A stretch of 64,000 nt of DNA from Longimicrobiales bacterium (GCA_036381195.1 DASVDH010000078.1:10250-74249), one strand, 5' to 3'. Positions 46,016 through 54,613 are shown, counted from the first letter of the stretch. Notes: generated by a model not told the origin, from the sequence alone. Made by a program: numbers and translations.

Positions 46016-47716
46016 TCATCGGCGTGGGGAACGGGCAGCGATGCTGCGGATCGTGAACGTCCCCACGGAGCGCGACGACGGTTCGACCGGAAAGGCGGCG
46101 AGGGCGGCGATGACCCGATCCGGCCCGTATCCGGCCGCGGCGAGGGCCTTCCATGGGTTCTGTTTCGGGGGAACGTCGTAGATGGAGACGATGTCGACCC
46201 GGCCGCCGCCCTCGAGCGCCTGGCGGATGCGGGCGGCGAGGGTGTCCAGTCCCTCCGGCGCAGGATAGCGATCGGCGAGGGAGGTGACCGAAAGCCTGCG
46301 CGTGCGGTCCGGACCGTCGACGAAGAAGAGGAGCTGGTCCACCTCGTCGTAGCCCGGGTAGATCACGAGGTCCGCGCCGGCCAGGGCGTGCTCGAGGAGC
46401 GCGACGCGTTCGGCCCGTGGGTACAGGACGCGGTTTTTCACCATGTCGAGCGCGTTCCAGCCCAGCGTCAGGAGCACGAGGGCGAGGATCGCCGCAAGCC
46501 GACGCCCCCGCAGACGGATTCCCGTCAGCAGGGCCCCCATCGCGATGCCGAGCTGGAAGTAGAACTGGTCGTCCGAGTTGTTCCAGTAGACCGCGAACGT
46601 GAACACCGCGATGCCGATGCCGGCCGCGAGGAGGGGAGCGATCCCCCTCGTTCCGGGCGCGTCCGGATCCGGGGCCACCAGGGAATCGCGGAGCGCGAGC
46701 ACGAGCACGAGAACCCCCGCCAGGCAAAAGGCCAGCGGAGCCAATGACGCGGGCGTCAGCGTCCTGCCATCCCGGATCGCCTCGACCACGGGGGCGAGAT
46801 CGACGATGCTGCTGAGCGAGCCGTACACTGCCCGGGCTGTTGAAACGGTGATCGCGCGGACCGAGAGGTCCGCGCCGTAACCCGCCGCCAGCAGGCCGGG
46901 GGATGCATCGCCACCATAGCTGGTGATCCACGAAACCGGCCCCACCTCTGACGGGCCGACCACGGCCCACGCCGCAATGAGCCCTGCGAGCGCCGTGAGG
47001 ACCGCCCCCAGGCCCAGGCCGGCCGCGATCTGGACGACTCGCCGCACCTCGCGCCGCAGGGCGTACCGCATCCCGATGACGCCGGCAATTGCGAGCGGAA
47101 TCAGGATGTTCGAGATGTAGGCCAGTGCAGCCGCTCCTCCGACCAGGCCAGCAAACACCGCCAGCATCCAGCTCGGGCGCGCCACGTAGGCGACCACCAG
47201 CGCTGCCACACCGGCCAGGAACGGCATCTGGAGCATGTGGATCTCATCCGAGATCCAGAGGCGCGAGAACGCCGACCCCAGCGCAACCCACGCGGTGGCG
47301 AGGTTTGCTTCCAGCCGACCGGGGGCCAGGGGGCCGGCGACACGCCAACGAAAGATGCCGAGCGCAGCCGCACCGCACACGATGCTCAGCCATTTCAGCC
47401 GGTCGGGAGCCGGGCGCGCCGAGCCCAGCCCCGCCGTCACCGCCTGCCACCAGCTCCCCACGGGCTCCAGCAGCAGGTGATTCGGGTTCCACGTCCAGGT
47501 GCCGCGGGTGAACGTCGCGCTGTGCGCGAGACCATCCCCGGAAACGAAGCCGATCGGCACGACGCACAGCACCAGAGCCGGTACGACGAGCCAGAGCAGC
47601 GCGTCTATACGATCGGCTCCGCTTCGTCCGAGCGCTCGGCCGGCAGGCCCAATCGCATGCACGGGCGTGCCCGGCGCGGGGGCAATCGCCTGAGGCTTGG
47701 AATCAGGGGGCACCAT
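46016..47716 (-). CDS. uncharacterised polytopic membrane protein with C-terminal soluble domain (GT-C-like layout)
   Basis: 566 aa with many hydrophobic helices through ~aa 430. The soluble tail runs ...LVIYPGYDEVDQLLFFVDGPD...FTIRSIAARS. No family recognised. Confidence 0.6.
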   Translation of the reverse strand: MVPPDSKPQAIAPAPGTPVHAIGPAGRALGRSGADRIDALLWLVVPALVLCVVPIGFVSGDGLAHSATFTRGTWTWNPNHLLLEPVGSWWQAVTAGLGSARPAPDRLKWLSIVCGAAALGIFRWRVAGPLAPGRLEANLATAWVALGSAFSRLWISDEIHMLQMPFLAGVAALVVAYVARPSWMLAVFAGLVGGAAALAYISNILIPLAIAGVIGMRYALRREVRRVVQIAAGLGLGAVLTALAGLIAAWAVVGPSEVGPVSWITSYGGDASPGLLAAGYGADLSVRAITVSTARAVYGSLSSIVDLAPVVEAIRDGRTLTPASLAPLAFCLAGVLVLVLALRDSLVAPDPDAPGTRGIAPLLAAGIGIAVFTFAVYWNNSDDQFYFQLGIAMGALLTGIRLRGRRLAAILALVLLTLGWNALDMVKNRVLYPRAERVALLEHALAGADLVIYPGYDEVDQLLFFVDGPDRTRRLSVTSLADRYPAPEGLDTLAARIRQALEGGGRVDIVSIYDVPPKQNPWKALAAAGYGPDRVIAALAAFPVEPSSRSVGTFTIRSIAARSPRR

Positions 47717-47758
47717 TGCGTTGGGGCAATCGGGTCTTGAGGCAGGGCCGCTGGGCGT

Positions 47759-47774
47759 TGCAAGAACGGGGCCA
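47759..47774 (-). promoter_or_regulatory. candidate sigma-54 (-24/-12) promoter
   Basis: Minus strand reads TGGCCC-CGTTC-TTGCA, one mismatch to consensus. It lies in the 111-bp gap. Predicted TSS is near 47747, about 30 nt before ATG 47716. Confidence 0.55.
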
Positions 47775-47827
47775 ACCGACGACGGCCCGGCTATGGCGGG
47801 GCTTCGGGCCGGAGCCCCCTCTTGCCG

Positions 47828-49384
47828 TTACGGCGGAAGCGGCTCCGATTCCCGGCCAGGAACAACCCGGTACAGCGTGACCTCGCCTTTGTGCGCCACG
47901 GGCTCGGCGTGTTCCATGATCAGCGCGCTCGCCCGTGGATCATCTCCCGCTTCTACGATGAACTCGTACTGGGCGAGAATGCGGTCCCAAGCGAGCGGGC
48001 TGTATTGCCTCGTGCCCCAGTCGTCGCCCGGATGGTAGAGGCGATCCGGCACCCAGAAATGGAGGAGCTGCTGCCCGTTCCCGTTACCGGAGAAGAGGTT
48101 GGGAGCACGACCCTGCCGCTTGATCGTATGCCAGTGAGCGAAGTGGCGGTAAGCCGGGATTCGGCCGTGCCGGCGCTGATCCGAGACCAGCGGTAGCACG
48201 TTCGACCGGGCGGGGAGCAAGTCCAGTACGGCAGCCATGTCCGCCAGCTCCCGATCGATGACGACGGCGCGATGCCCTATGACGGCAGCGTGCACCAGGC
48301 ATCCGAGAAACGGCAGCAACAAGAAGACGCGCCTCGGCGGCGACTCGCGAGCAGGACAGCAGAAGATCAGGAGCAGGCCGGGAAGGAGGAAGCGGACATC
48401 GACATCCTCCGCGCCCATGAACGTCGCCGGAAACACCAGATAGGCGATAAAAAGGCCGGCCGTAGCGAGCGCGAGGGAATCCCGCTTCCGCTGGAAGCGG
48501 TGCCAGACGCCAAACAGGAGGACTGACGCGAAATAGGTGCCTGCCATGAGCGCGGCCTGCGCGGGCGAAAAGGAGTAGAACGGCGCGAACACGTGGGTCG
48601 CCTTGCTCAAGGCGCCGCGCATCTCGGTCGTGTACGCGGGCAAGGGAGCGCCTGGCGCGTAAGCTTTGGCAGCCAACCACGCGCTGCCGACCGCCAGCGT
48701 GACCGCCACTGTCGCCCAGGTCCGTTGGTCGCGGATCGCTCGCCGGACGTGGAGCTCCCCCGAGCCGAGGTGGAGCGCTGTATCCGTCCACGCCACGATC
48801 AGGGCGACGGCGGCGGCGGAGAGGTGCACGAAGTAGAGCGCCAGGGCGCCTACCGCCAGCAAGAGGCCGGCTGCGGCCGATGGGTGCGTGCGGTATCGCC
48901 ACCATCCCGCGATCCACAGCATGGCCAGACCAACGCCCACGGCATAGCTGACGAATCCGATGAGGAAGAACCAGTTGAACGCGAGCAGCGCTCCGATCAG
49001 GGCCCACCCGCGTGCGGCCGGCGCCTTGGCCCGGAGGAGCAAGTACATGGCGACAGGGGTGAGATTCACGGCCACGAGAGACAGCACTCGTTGCGCAGCG
49101 AGCGGCGGCATCAGCCCGACCAGGATCGCGCCCACTGCATCCATGCCCAGATAGGCGGTGGGAACGAATCGGAACTCGGCAGGAAACGGTGGCGGTTCTC
49201 CTCCCCAGATCTGCGCCAGCAGGACGTATCGGGCCAGGTGGTTGGTCGCATCCGTGTACGGGAAGTACTGCACCGTCAGCACGACGGCGGTGTTGGCCGC
49301 GATGGCGATTCCCAGGAGCAGCGCCTCCCGGGAAAGCATGCGGTGTCGGCCCCCATCCGCTCTCGTCGAGTTCCAGGATGGCAT
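47828..49384 (-). CDS. uncharacterised polytopic membrane protein with C-terminal soluble domain (GT-C-like layout)
   Basis: ATG 49384 is preceded by AGGAG, 7 nt upstream. 518 aa with hydrophobic helices through ~aa 370. The soluble tail ends ...KGEVTLYRVVPGRE. No family recognised. Confidence 0.65.
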   Translation of the reverse strand: MPSWNSTRADGGRHRMLSREALLLGIAIAANTAVVLTVQYFPYTDATNHLARYVLLAQIWGGEPPPFPAEFRFVPTAYLGMDAVGAILVGLMPPLAAQRVLSLVAVNLTPVAMYLLLRAKAPAARGWALIGALLAFNWFFLIGFVSYAVGVGLAMLWIAGWWRYRTHPSAAAGLLLAVGALALYFVHLSAAAVALIVAWTDTALHLGSGELHVRRAIRDQRTWATVAVTLAVGSAWLAAKAYAPGAPLPAYTTEMRGALSKATHVFAPFYSFSPAQAALMAGTYFASVLLFGVWHRFQRKRDSLALATAGLFIAYLVFPATFMGAEDVDVRFLLPGLLLIFCCPARESPPRRVFLLLPFLGCLVHAAVIGHRAVVIDRELADMAAVLDLLPARSNVLPLVSDQRRHGRIPAYRHFAHWHTIKRQGRAPNLFSGNGNGQQLLHFWVPDRLYHPGDDWGTRQYSPLAWDRILAQYEFIVEAGDDPRASALIMEHAEPVAHKGEVTLYRVVPGRESEPLPP

Positions 49385-49683
49385 GGCGTCGCTCCTGATG
49401 TCCCCGTGCTAGCGGCCGGGACTCCTCGCGCATCCTCGAGGCGGGAGGGGAGGGGGATACGCTCAACAGCCCAAGAGGGCGAGGCCGCCACTCGAGCCCA
49501 GCGGACGGAGTGAACCGCCCTCAACCGGAGGAGCGCCGTCGCCGGATCCGCGCCGCCCAAGATATGGCCAGCGATCGGGGCTGTCGAGGCAATCCTGAGC
49601 AGTCCGTGATCCGCTGGATGCCTTCTCGCAGGCCGGGAGACGCCACGCGCTCGGCGCGGGCGAAGTGGGATGCACACAGAAAC

Positions 49684-49715
49684 GGGGCCAGCCGCACATG
49701 TCGGCGGCTGGCCCC
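49684..49715 (-). terminator. intrinsic-terminator-like hairpin downstream of the Big_2 lipoprotein gene
   Basis: 12-bp perfect stem GGGGCCAGCCGC/GCGGCTGGCCCC with an 8-nt loop, 40 nt after the stop at 49756. On the minus strand it's followed by GTTTCTGTGTG. Confidence 0.6.
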
Positions 49716-49755
49716 ACGAAACCCGCGATTGAAAGCAGGGGTCGGAGGGCCCGGG

Positions 49756-52700
49756 TCAGTCCGGGGTCCAGATCACGATGTCCCAGATATACTCGACCTG
49801 GTCCATCCGCGGCGAATTGAAGACGGACGGCAGTGCAAATCCGCGGAAGCCCTGCACGTCCATCGCCGCGGTCGTGTCCATGATCTTGGTGCCGTTGACC
49901 CACGCCACGATGCGCCCGTCGCTTCGGCCCGGAGCCGTCGCGGCCTGGTAATACACGGTGATCGTCAGGTCCTCCGCGATGTGGTCCTCCGGGAACCAGT
50001 TTGCGTACCTCGCCACCCCCTCGGTATCCAGGCGCACGCTGAACCGCGACGGCGCCGGACCGCCCCAGATCACGTCGGTTCTGCCGTCGTTCCCGGCATC
50101 ACCACCCGTCGACGGGTCACCCCGGCCCATGATCGTCATCTTGCGCCCCGCGTTCCCGCCCGTACCGCAGTTCGGGTTCGTGATCGCGAATTCGTTCACC
50201 GCGCCGAAGGAGGTGTTCGTATCGGCGGGGTGGCGGCCCATTCGCATCTTCCATTGCATGTAGATGCGCCTGGGGGAGCTGCCCTGCTGCTCGCCTGCGA
50301 AGACGTGCGCGATCTTGTGCGTTTGCTCGGAACAGGTCCCGCCCCAGCCCCGCCATTCGATGCGATAGGCGTTCGTGCCCCGGCCATTGAAATTGCGACT
50401 GAACTTGATGCCGGACGTGTACTCGAGGCCAGCGATCGCTTGCTGGAGCGACGTAGCGCTCTGGAGCGATGCCCGCGTATCGAACAGGATGCGGTCACCC
50501 TGTCCTGGCTGCGGATCCCCGCCCTGAGAGGGCCGCGTCACGGTAATGGTCGCACTCCCGCTCTTCCCCTCGCTCCTGGCGGTGATCGTGGCAGTCCCTT
50601 CCCCCACGCCCCGGACGAGCCCGCCGGACGTCACCGTGGCCACGCCGGTGTTGGAGCTGGACCACTCCACGGCGCGGCCGTTGAGCGTGTTCCCGCTCTC
50701 GTCCTTCAGCGTCGCCGTGAGCTGGAGCGTGCCGTCGACCGGGATCGTCCCGGAGGACGGCGAGACCGTGACCGTGGCCACGGGCGCCGGCCCGCTTCCG
50801 CCGCCGCCGGAGCCGCCGCCGCAGCCGATCCGCTGTGTGCTGACGACCAGGTTATCGAAGTAGCGCTCCTGTTGCCGCGGCGCTCCGTTGTTCCAGTAGT
50901 TTTCCAGGAACAGGGCGTTGATCCCGTAGGCGCTGTAATTGCCCACCCAGTTCAGGTTCGTCGCGCGTGCCTCGAGCTGCCCGTCGATCCACAGCTCGAA
51001 CACCCCGTTGCTCTGCCCGGGGTCGTTCACCCGCACGTGGGATTCGATGCAGTGCCATTCTCCGACATGCGCGGCGTCGAAGATCGGCGTGCTGCTCGTC
51101 TGCGCGCCCAGCCAGCGCAGGTTGCCGAAGTCGTTGTACCCGGTCGTGCGGACGTTGCCCTGCTCGTCCGTGCCCGATGCAGGATCGAGCACCAGGTAGT
51201 TGTTCCCGCTGCCGCCGCTCCAGACGTGGGCGATGAGCGCCTCCGACCAGTCCTCGCGCGCGAAGATGATCGCACGGGCCAGCTTGTCCCCGCCGCCTCC
51301 GCTCCAGTCGGGCGCGTTGCGGAGGTAGACCCGCCAGTAGATGTCCCGATAGTTGGCGGTGCCGGCATCGACCGGCCGCATGTAGGACGACGGTGTCTTT
51401 CCGAATGCGAGCTTCAGGTTCCCCGCGTTGACCTGGCCGGCGCTGAACCGGGCCCGCATCCCCCCCGAACCATCGATCCCCACGCCCGCCGCGCGCACGA
51501 AGGCGCCGCCGCGCTCGTCGTACTCGAAGTACTGGCTGAGGCGGTCCTGATCGAAGTCGTCGCACCAGATCCAGCCGTCGCCCGGTTGGGAGCACTCGTT
51601 GACGAGGCTCGCGCTGCCGCCGCCTCCACCGCCGCCACCACCACCGCTCACCGTGATGTGCGCTTCCGCGCTCTGGTCCCCGCTCTCGGCCCTGATGGTC
51701 GCCTCGCCGGGGGCGACCCCCCGCACCAGGCCGGTTTCGTCAACCGCGGCGATGGCTTCGTCGGAAGACCTCCAGGCGATCTCCGCCCCCGGGATGGGGT
51801 TGCCGTTGGCATCGGCCGCGGTGGCGGTCAGTTGGAGGGTCTCGCCGACGCCGACCGTGCCCGTATCGCGGTCGAGCGACAACGAGGCCACGACCTGCCG
51901 CACCTCGATGCCGGCGGTGTCCGCCTCGCCACAGCAGACGGCCGTGGCGACGATCAGTGCGGTCCCGACGGCTTTGGCCGTGACTCTGCCCATGGTGTCC
52001 ACCGTTGCAATGTGTGAATCAAGGGAGGTCCACACGATCCGGACGCCGGACACGACCGAGCCGTCTGCCGTGTAGGCGGTGGCTCCAAGTTGCAATGTAG
52101 CGCCGATGGCGTCCAGGGTGCCCGTGTGGGGTGTGATCTCGACTCGCGCGACCGCCGCCTCCTGCCGGACCGCGACGGTCACGGTGTCCGCAATGTCTCC
52201 GGCCGACGCGACGATCTTCGCGTCCCCGCTCTGATGGGCCGTGGCGAGGCCGCTCTCGTCGATCGAGACGACGGCCGGCGCCAGGGAAGCCCAGCTCACC
52301 GCGACGTCGGGGATCTCGTGCCCGTTGCGGTCCCGGGCGATCGCCACGAAACGGAGCGTGTCGCCGAGCTCCACGACCACCTCTTCCGGGGGCTCGCCGT
52401 CCGGAGACGTGCCCGCCGGGAGCGCCGACAGGGAGGCGACCTTCTGGCGGACGGTGATGGTCGCGGTGTCCGCGAGAGAGCTCACGGATGCCTCGATCCG
52501 GGCTGTTCCGACCGCTTCCGCCCGGACCAGACCGTCCGGGCTGACGGTCGCGATCTCCGGGTCGAGACTGCGCCACGAGATCTTCGCTCGTGGGCTCAAG
52601 AGTCCGTCCGCCGTCTCGAGTTCCGCCGAGAGACGGATCGTATCCCCCAACGCCTCCAGCTCGGCCGTGCTCGGTTCGAGCACGATCCGGAAGGCATCCG

Positions 52701-52791
52701 GATTCGACTCGATCAGATCTCCGAACTCGCAGGCGGAAGCCACGACCAGACCAACCGCCATCAGAAAGATCCCGGTCCCGCGCCTGAGCAT
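49756..52791 (-). CDS. large secreted lipoprotein: 5 Big_2 (bacterial Ig-like group 2) domains + two beta-jelly-roll (ConA/polysaccharide-lyase-like) domains
   Basis: ATG 52791 (GAGG 8 nt upstream) gives MLRRGTGIFLMAVGLVVASAC, a signal peptide plus lipobox. Four tandem ~85-aa repeats have the Big_2 pattern (...LxLxAxxxDxxGxxxxxxxVxWxSSDxxIATVxxxGxVxAxxxGxAxI...). Then come a poly-Gly linker, a ~230-aa jelly-roll-like domain, a GS linker, a fifth Big_2 and a second ~250-aa beta-rich domain. Confidence 0.8.
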   Translation of the reverse strand: MLRRGTGIFLMAVGLVVASACEFGDLIESNPDAFRIVLEPSTAELEALGDTIRLSAELETADGLLSPRAKISWRSLDPEIATVSPDGLVRAEAVGTARIEASVSSLADTATITVRQKVASLSALPAGTSPDGEPPEEVVVELGDTLRFVAIARDRNGHEIPDVAVSWASLAPAVVSIDESGLATAHQSGDAKIVASAGDIADTVTVAVRQEAAVARVEITPHTGTLDAIGATLQLGATAYTADGSVVSGVRIVWTSLDSHIATVDTMGRVTAKAVGTALIVATAVCCGEADTAGIEVRQVVASLSLDRDTGTVGVGETLQLTATAADANGNPIPGAEIAWRSSDEAIAAVDETGLVRGVAPGEATIRAESGDQSAEAHITVSGGGGGGGGGGSASLVNECSQPGDGWIWCDDFDQDRLSQYFEYDERGGAFVRAAGVGIDGSGGMRARFSAGQVNAGNLKLAFGKTPSSYMRPVDAGTANYRDIYWRVYLRNAPDWSGGGGDKLARAIIFAREDWSEALIAHVWSGGSGNNYLVLDPASGTDEQGNVRTTGYNDFGNLRWLGAQTSSTPIFDAAHVGEWHCIESHVRVNDPGQSNGVFELWIDGQLEARATNLNWVGNYSAYGINALFLENYWNNGAPRQQERYFDNLVVSTQRIGCGGGSGGGGSGPAPVATVTVSPSSGTIPVDGTLQLTATLKDESGNTLNGRAVEWSSSNTGVATVTSGGLVRGVGEGTATITARSEGKSGSATITVTRPSQGGDPQPGQGDRILFDTRASLQSATSLQQAIAGLEYTSGIKFSRNFNGRGTNAYRIEWRGWGGTCSEQTHKIAHVFAGEQQGSSPRRIYMQWKMRMGRHPADTNTSFGAVNEFAITNPNCGTGGNAGRKMTIMGRGDPSTGGDAGNDGRTDVIWGGPAPSRFSVRLDTEGVARYANWFPEDHIAEDLTITVYYQAATAPGRSDGRIVAWVNGTKIMDTTAAMDVQGFRGFALPSVFNSPRMDQVEYIWDIVIWTPD

Positions 52792-53001
52792 GCAGCTGCC
52801 TCGTTCGTCGCGATTGAACCAAAGACCACCGAGCGTGAATCCCCCGGAGGGCAAATCTCCGGATCACCGGCGGCCAAGCGGGCGTGGCGGGCGGGGAGCC
52901 CGCTGTAGCCCTCGACTCTGCGCTCCCGTCTTTCCGCGGGTTTGCTCTGAGCAACGACGATGGTGGGCTTTGGTCTTGTTCGCGGCTCGGTCGCCCGGAG
53001 C

Positions 53002-53017
53002 GGCAACAGCGGTGCCC
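53002..53017 (-). promoter_or_regulatory. candidate sigma-54 (-24/-12) promoter for the Big_2 lipoprotein gene
   Basis: Minus strand reads GGGCAC-CGCTG-TTGCC; GGCAC and TTGC are perfect. Predicted TSS is near 52990, about 200 nt upstream of ATG 52791. Confidence 0.6.
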
Positions 53018-53043
53018 GGCGCGGCACGGACCCGTGCCGCGCC
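53018..53043. repeat. 26-bp near-perfect palindrome abutting the -24 element
   Basis: GGCGCGGCACGG-ac-CCGTGCCGCGCC, with 12-bp arms. It's followed by a second 12-bp palindrome, CCAAGCGCTTGG (53046-53057), and then ATTTTC. Confidence 0.6.
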
Positions 53044-53582
53044 GCCCAAGCGCTTGGATTTTCGGGAGATCACGGCTCGCCGCGGCTCGACGGAGTGGCG
53101 GAACGACCCGGCCGCCGCCGGGACTTCATTGCCGGCCGACGTGCATTCTTTTCAGCGGCGGGCCGCGGGCGTGCCTTGCTGGTCGCGGCTAGCGAGAGTC
53201 GGCAGAGGACTCATCGCCACGATTGGAATCGAAATCGTCGTGTAATGATAAGCGATCGCCGCCCAATAGCCGGCCGGAGGCAGTTCGGGAGTGACTGTAT
53301 CGCTATTCTGCCGGCTTGCGGGTCGTCGTGGCCCACGTCCACCGAGAAGCCCGGCAAACCGGATCCCGGGCGCGGCCGCGACGCCAGACCGGGAAGACAG
53401 CGACGGGTCCGAGCAGCAGGCCGTGGCCGACATCGGGGTGGCGGAGCCCGTCGCGGCCCCGCGTCAGCGTGGGCTGCCGGAAGCGGAGCGGGAAGGTCGC
53501 GGCGGCTGTGCGATGGCCGGCCGCGTGGTACCGGCGCCGTCGCCGGGGTGCGCCCGGCGGCGGAGCGCCTCGAGGGGTCACA

Positions 53583-54356
53583 TCACCACGCGCCCAACCT
53601 GAACGCGATGACGGGGAGGGTGCGGAGCATGATCTTGAGGTCCTCGAGGGCGGACCTGCGCTGGATGTATTCGAGGTCGTACTGGAGCTTGCGGCGCACG
53701 TCGTCGATGGAGCTGTCGTAGTGATGGTTGATCTGGGCCCAACCCGTGATGCCCGGGAGCACGTGCTGCCGGTCGGAGTACCGCTCGATCTGGTCGCGGA
53801 GCCGCATGAAGATGGCGGGCTGCTCGGGACGCGGCCCCACGATGTTCATGTCGCCCTTGAGGACGTTGATGAGCTGGGGCAGCTCATCCAGGCGGTAGGC
53901 GCGCAGGATGCGCCCGATCCTCGTGACGCGGGGGTCGTCGGGCGCGGCCCAGACGGCGCCGGCACGATCCGCGTCGGGGACCATCGTGCGGAACTTGTAG
54001 AGCTTGAAGAGCCGCCCGCCGTAGTCCACGACGCGGCGGTGTCCGCCGGGCGAGCGTTTGCCGCGCCGGCGGTCGATGCCGACCCGGATCTGGGTGAAGA
54101 AGACGGGTCCTGGGGAGGTGAGCTTGATCGCGATGGCGATGACGAGCATCAGCGGCGCCGCCAGGAGGAGGCCGATGGCCGCGACCGAGAGGTTGAGCAG
54201 CCGGAGGGACCAGGAGTCCCGTGCCGGGATGTGTCGAACGACCGCGGTGGTGTCCAGGCCGTGCAGGTCCGGGGCGGTGCCATGCGCGTAGCGGCCATCG
54301 ACGGGGCGCGGCCGCACGCGGAGTTGTCGTACGCTGGCGATGCTCTTGGATGTCAT
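53583..54356 (-). CDS. polyprenyl-phosphate sugar-phosphate transferase (bacterial sugar transferase, WbaP/EpsB C-terminal type)
   Basis: ATG 54356. One TM helix (LLNLSVAAIGLLLAAPLMLVIAIAI) is followed by SPGPVFFTQIRVG, KFRTM, DELPQLINVLKGDMNIVGPRP and GITGWAQI. Confidence 0.9.
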   Translation of the reverse strand: MTSKSIASVRQLRVRPRPVDGRYAHGTAPDLHGLDTTAVVRHIPARDSWSLRLLNLSVAAIGLLLAAPLMLVIAIAIKLTSPGPVFFTQIRVGIDRRRGKRSPGGHRRVVDYGGRLFKLYKFRTMVPDADRAGAVWAAPDDPRVTRIGRILRAYRLDELPQLINVLKGDMNIVGPRPEQPAIFMRLRDQIERYSDRQHVLPGITGWAQINHHYDSSIDDVRRKLQYDLEYIQRRSALEDLKIMLRTLPVIAFRLGAW

Positions 54357-54435
54357 GCGCTTCTCTGCGTGCTGATCGGGGTGCGATACCTCGCATAGGG
54401 CCCAACCGGGCGAGGGTGGGCGGGCGGGAAGCAGG

Positions 54436-54451
54436 TGCAACGGTCGTGCGC
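54436..54451 (-). promoter_or_regulatory. weak sigma-54 promoter-like sequence upstream of the sugar transferase gene
   Basis: Minus strand reads GCGCAC-GACCG-TTGCA. The -12 element is perfect, but only one of the two invariant -24 G residues is present. Confidence 0.25.
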
Positions 54452-54613
54452 GTGGCGGGAGGGGTGGAGCTGCGGTCGTAAGTCGCTCTGTTGCCGCTAG
54501 TTGCGATCGTGAGGGTGGTTGGCGCCGGGGCGGCGGTCTTGTGGCGGGGTGGCGACTTCTGTGGGCGGGGCGCCACACGGGGTGTGGCGGCGGGAGGGGG
54601 CGGGCGCCCTGGG

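Noticed and set aside
46016-49384. Considered whether either orphan polytopic membrane protein is the missing exosortase (XrtA/EpsH).
   Set aside because: I found no Cys in an A-C-S-G-like context and no Arg/His catalytic-triad landmarks that I associate with exosortases. The proteins are also about twice the core exosortase size and carry a soluble C-terminal domain. This needs an HMM search to settle.
51614-51648. Runs of GGN/GCC triplets (also 50790-50825), considered as tandem repeats or a possible repeat array.
   Set aside because: They are in frame within the Big_2 lipoprotein gene and encode poly-Gly and Gly-Ser interdomain linkers. They are not an independent repeat element or a CRISPR array.
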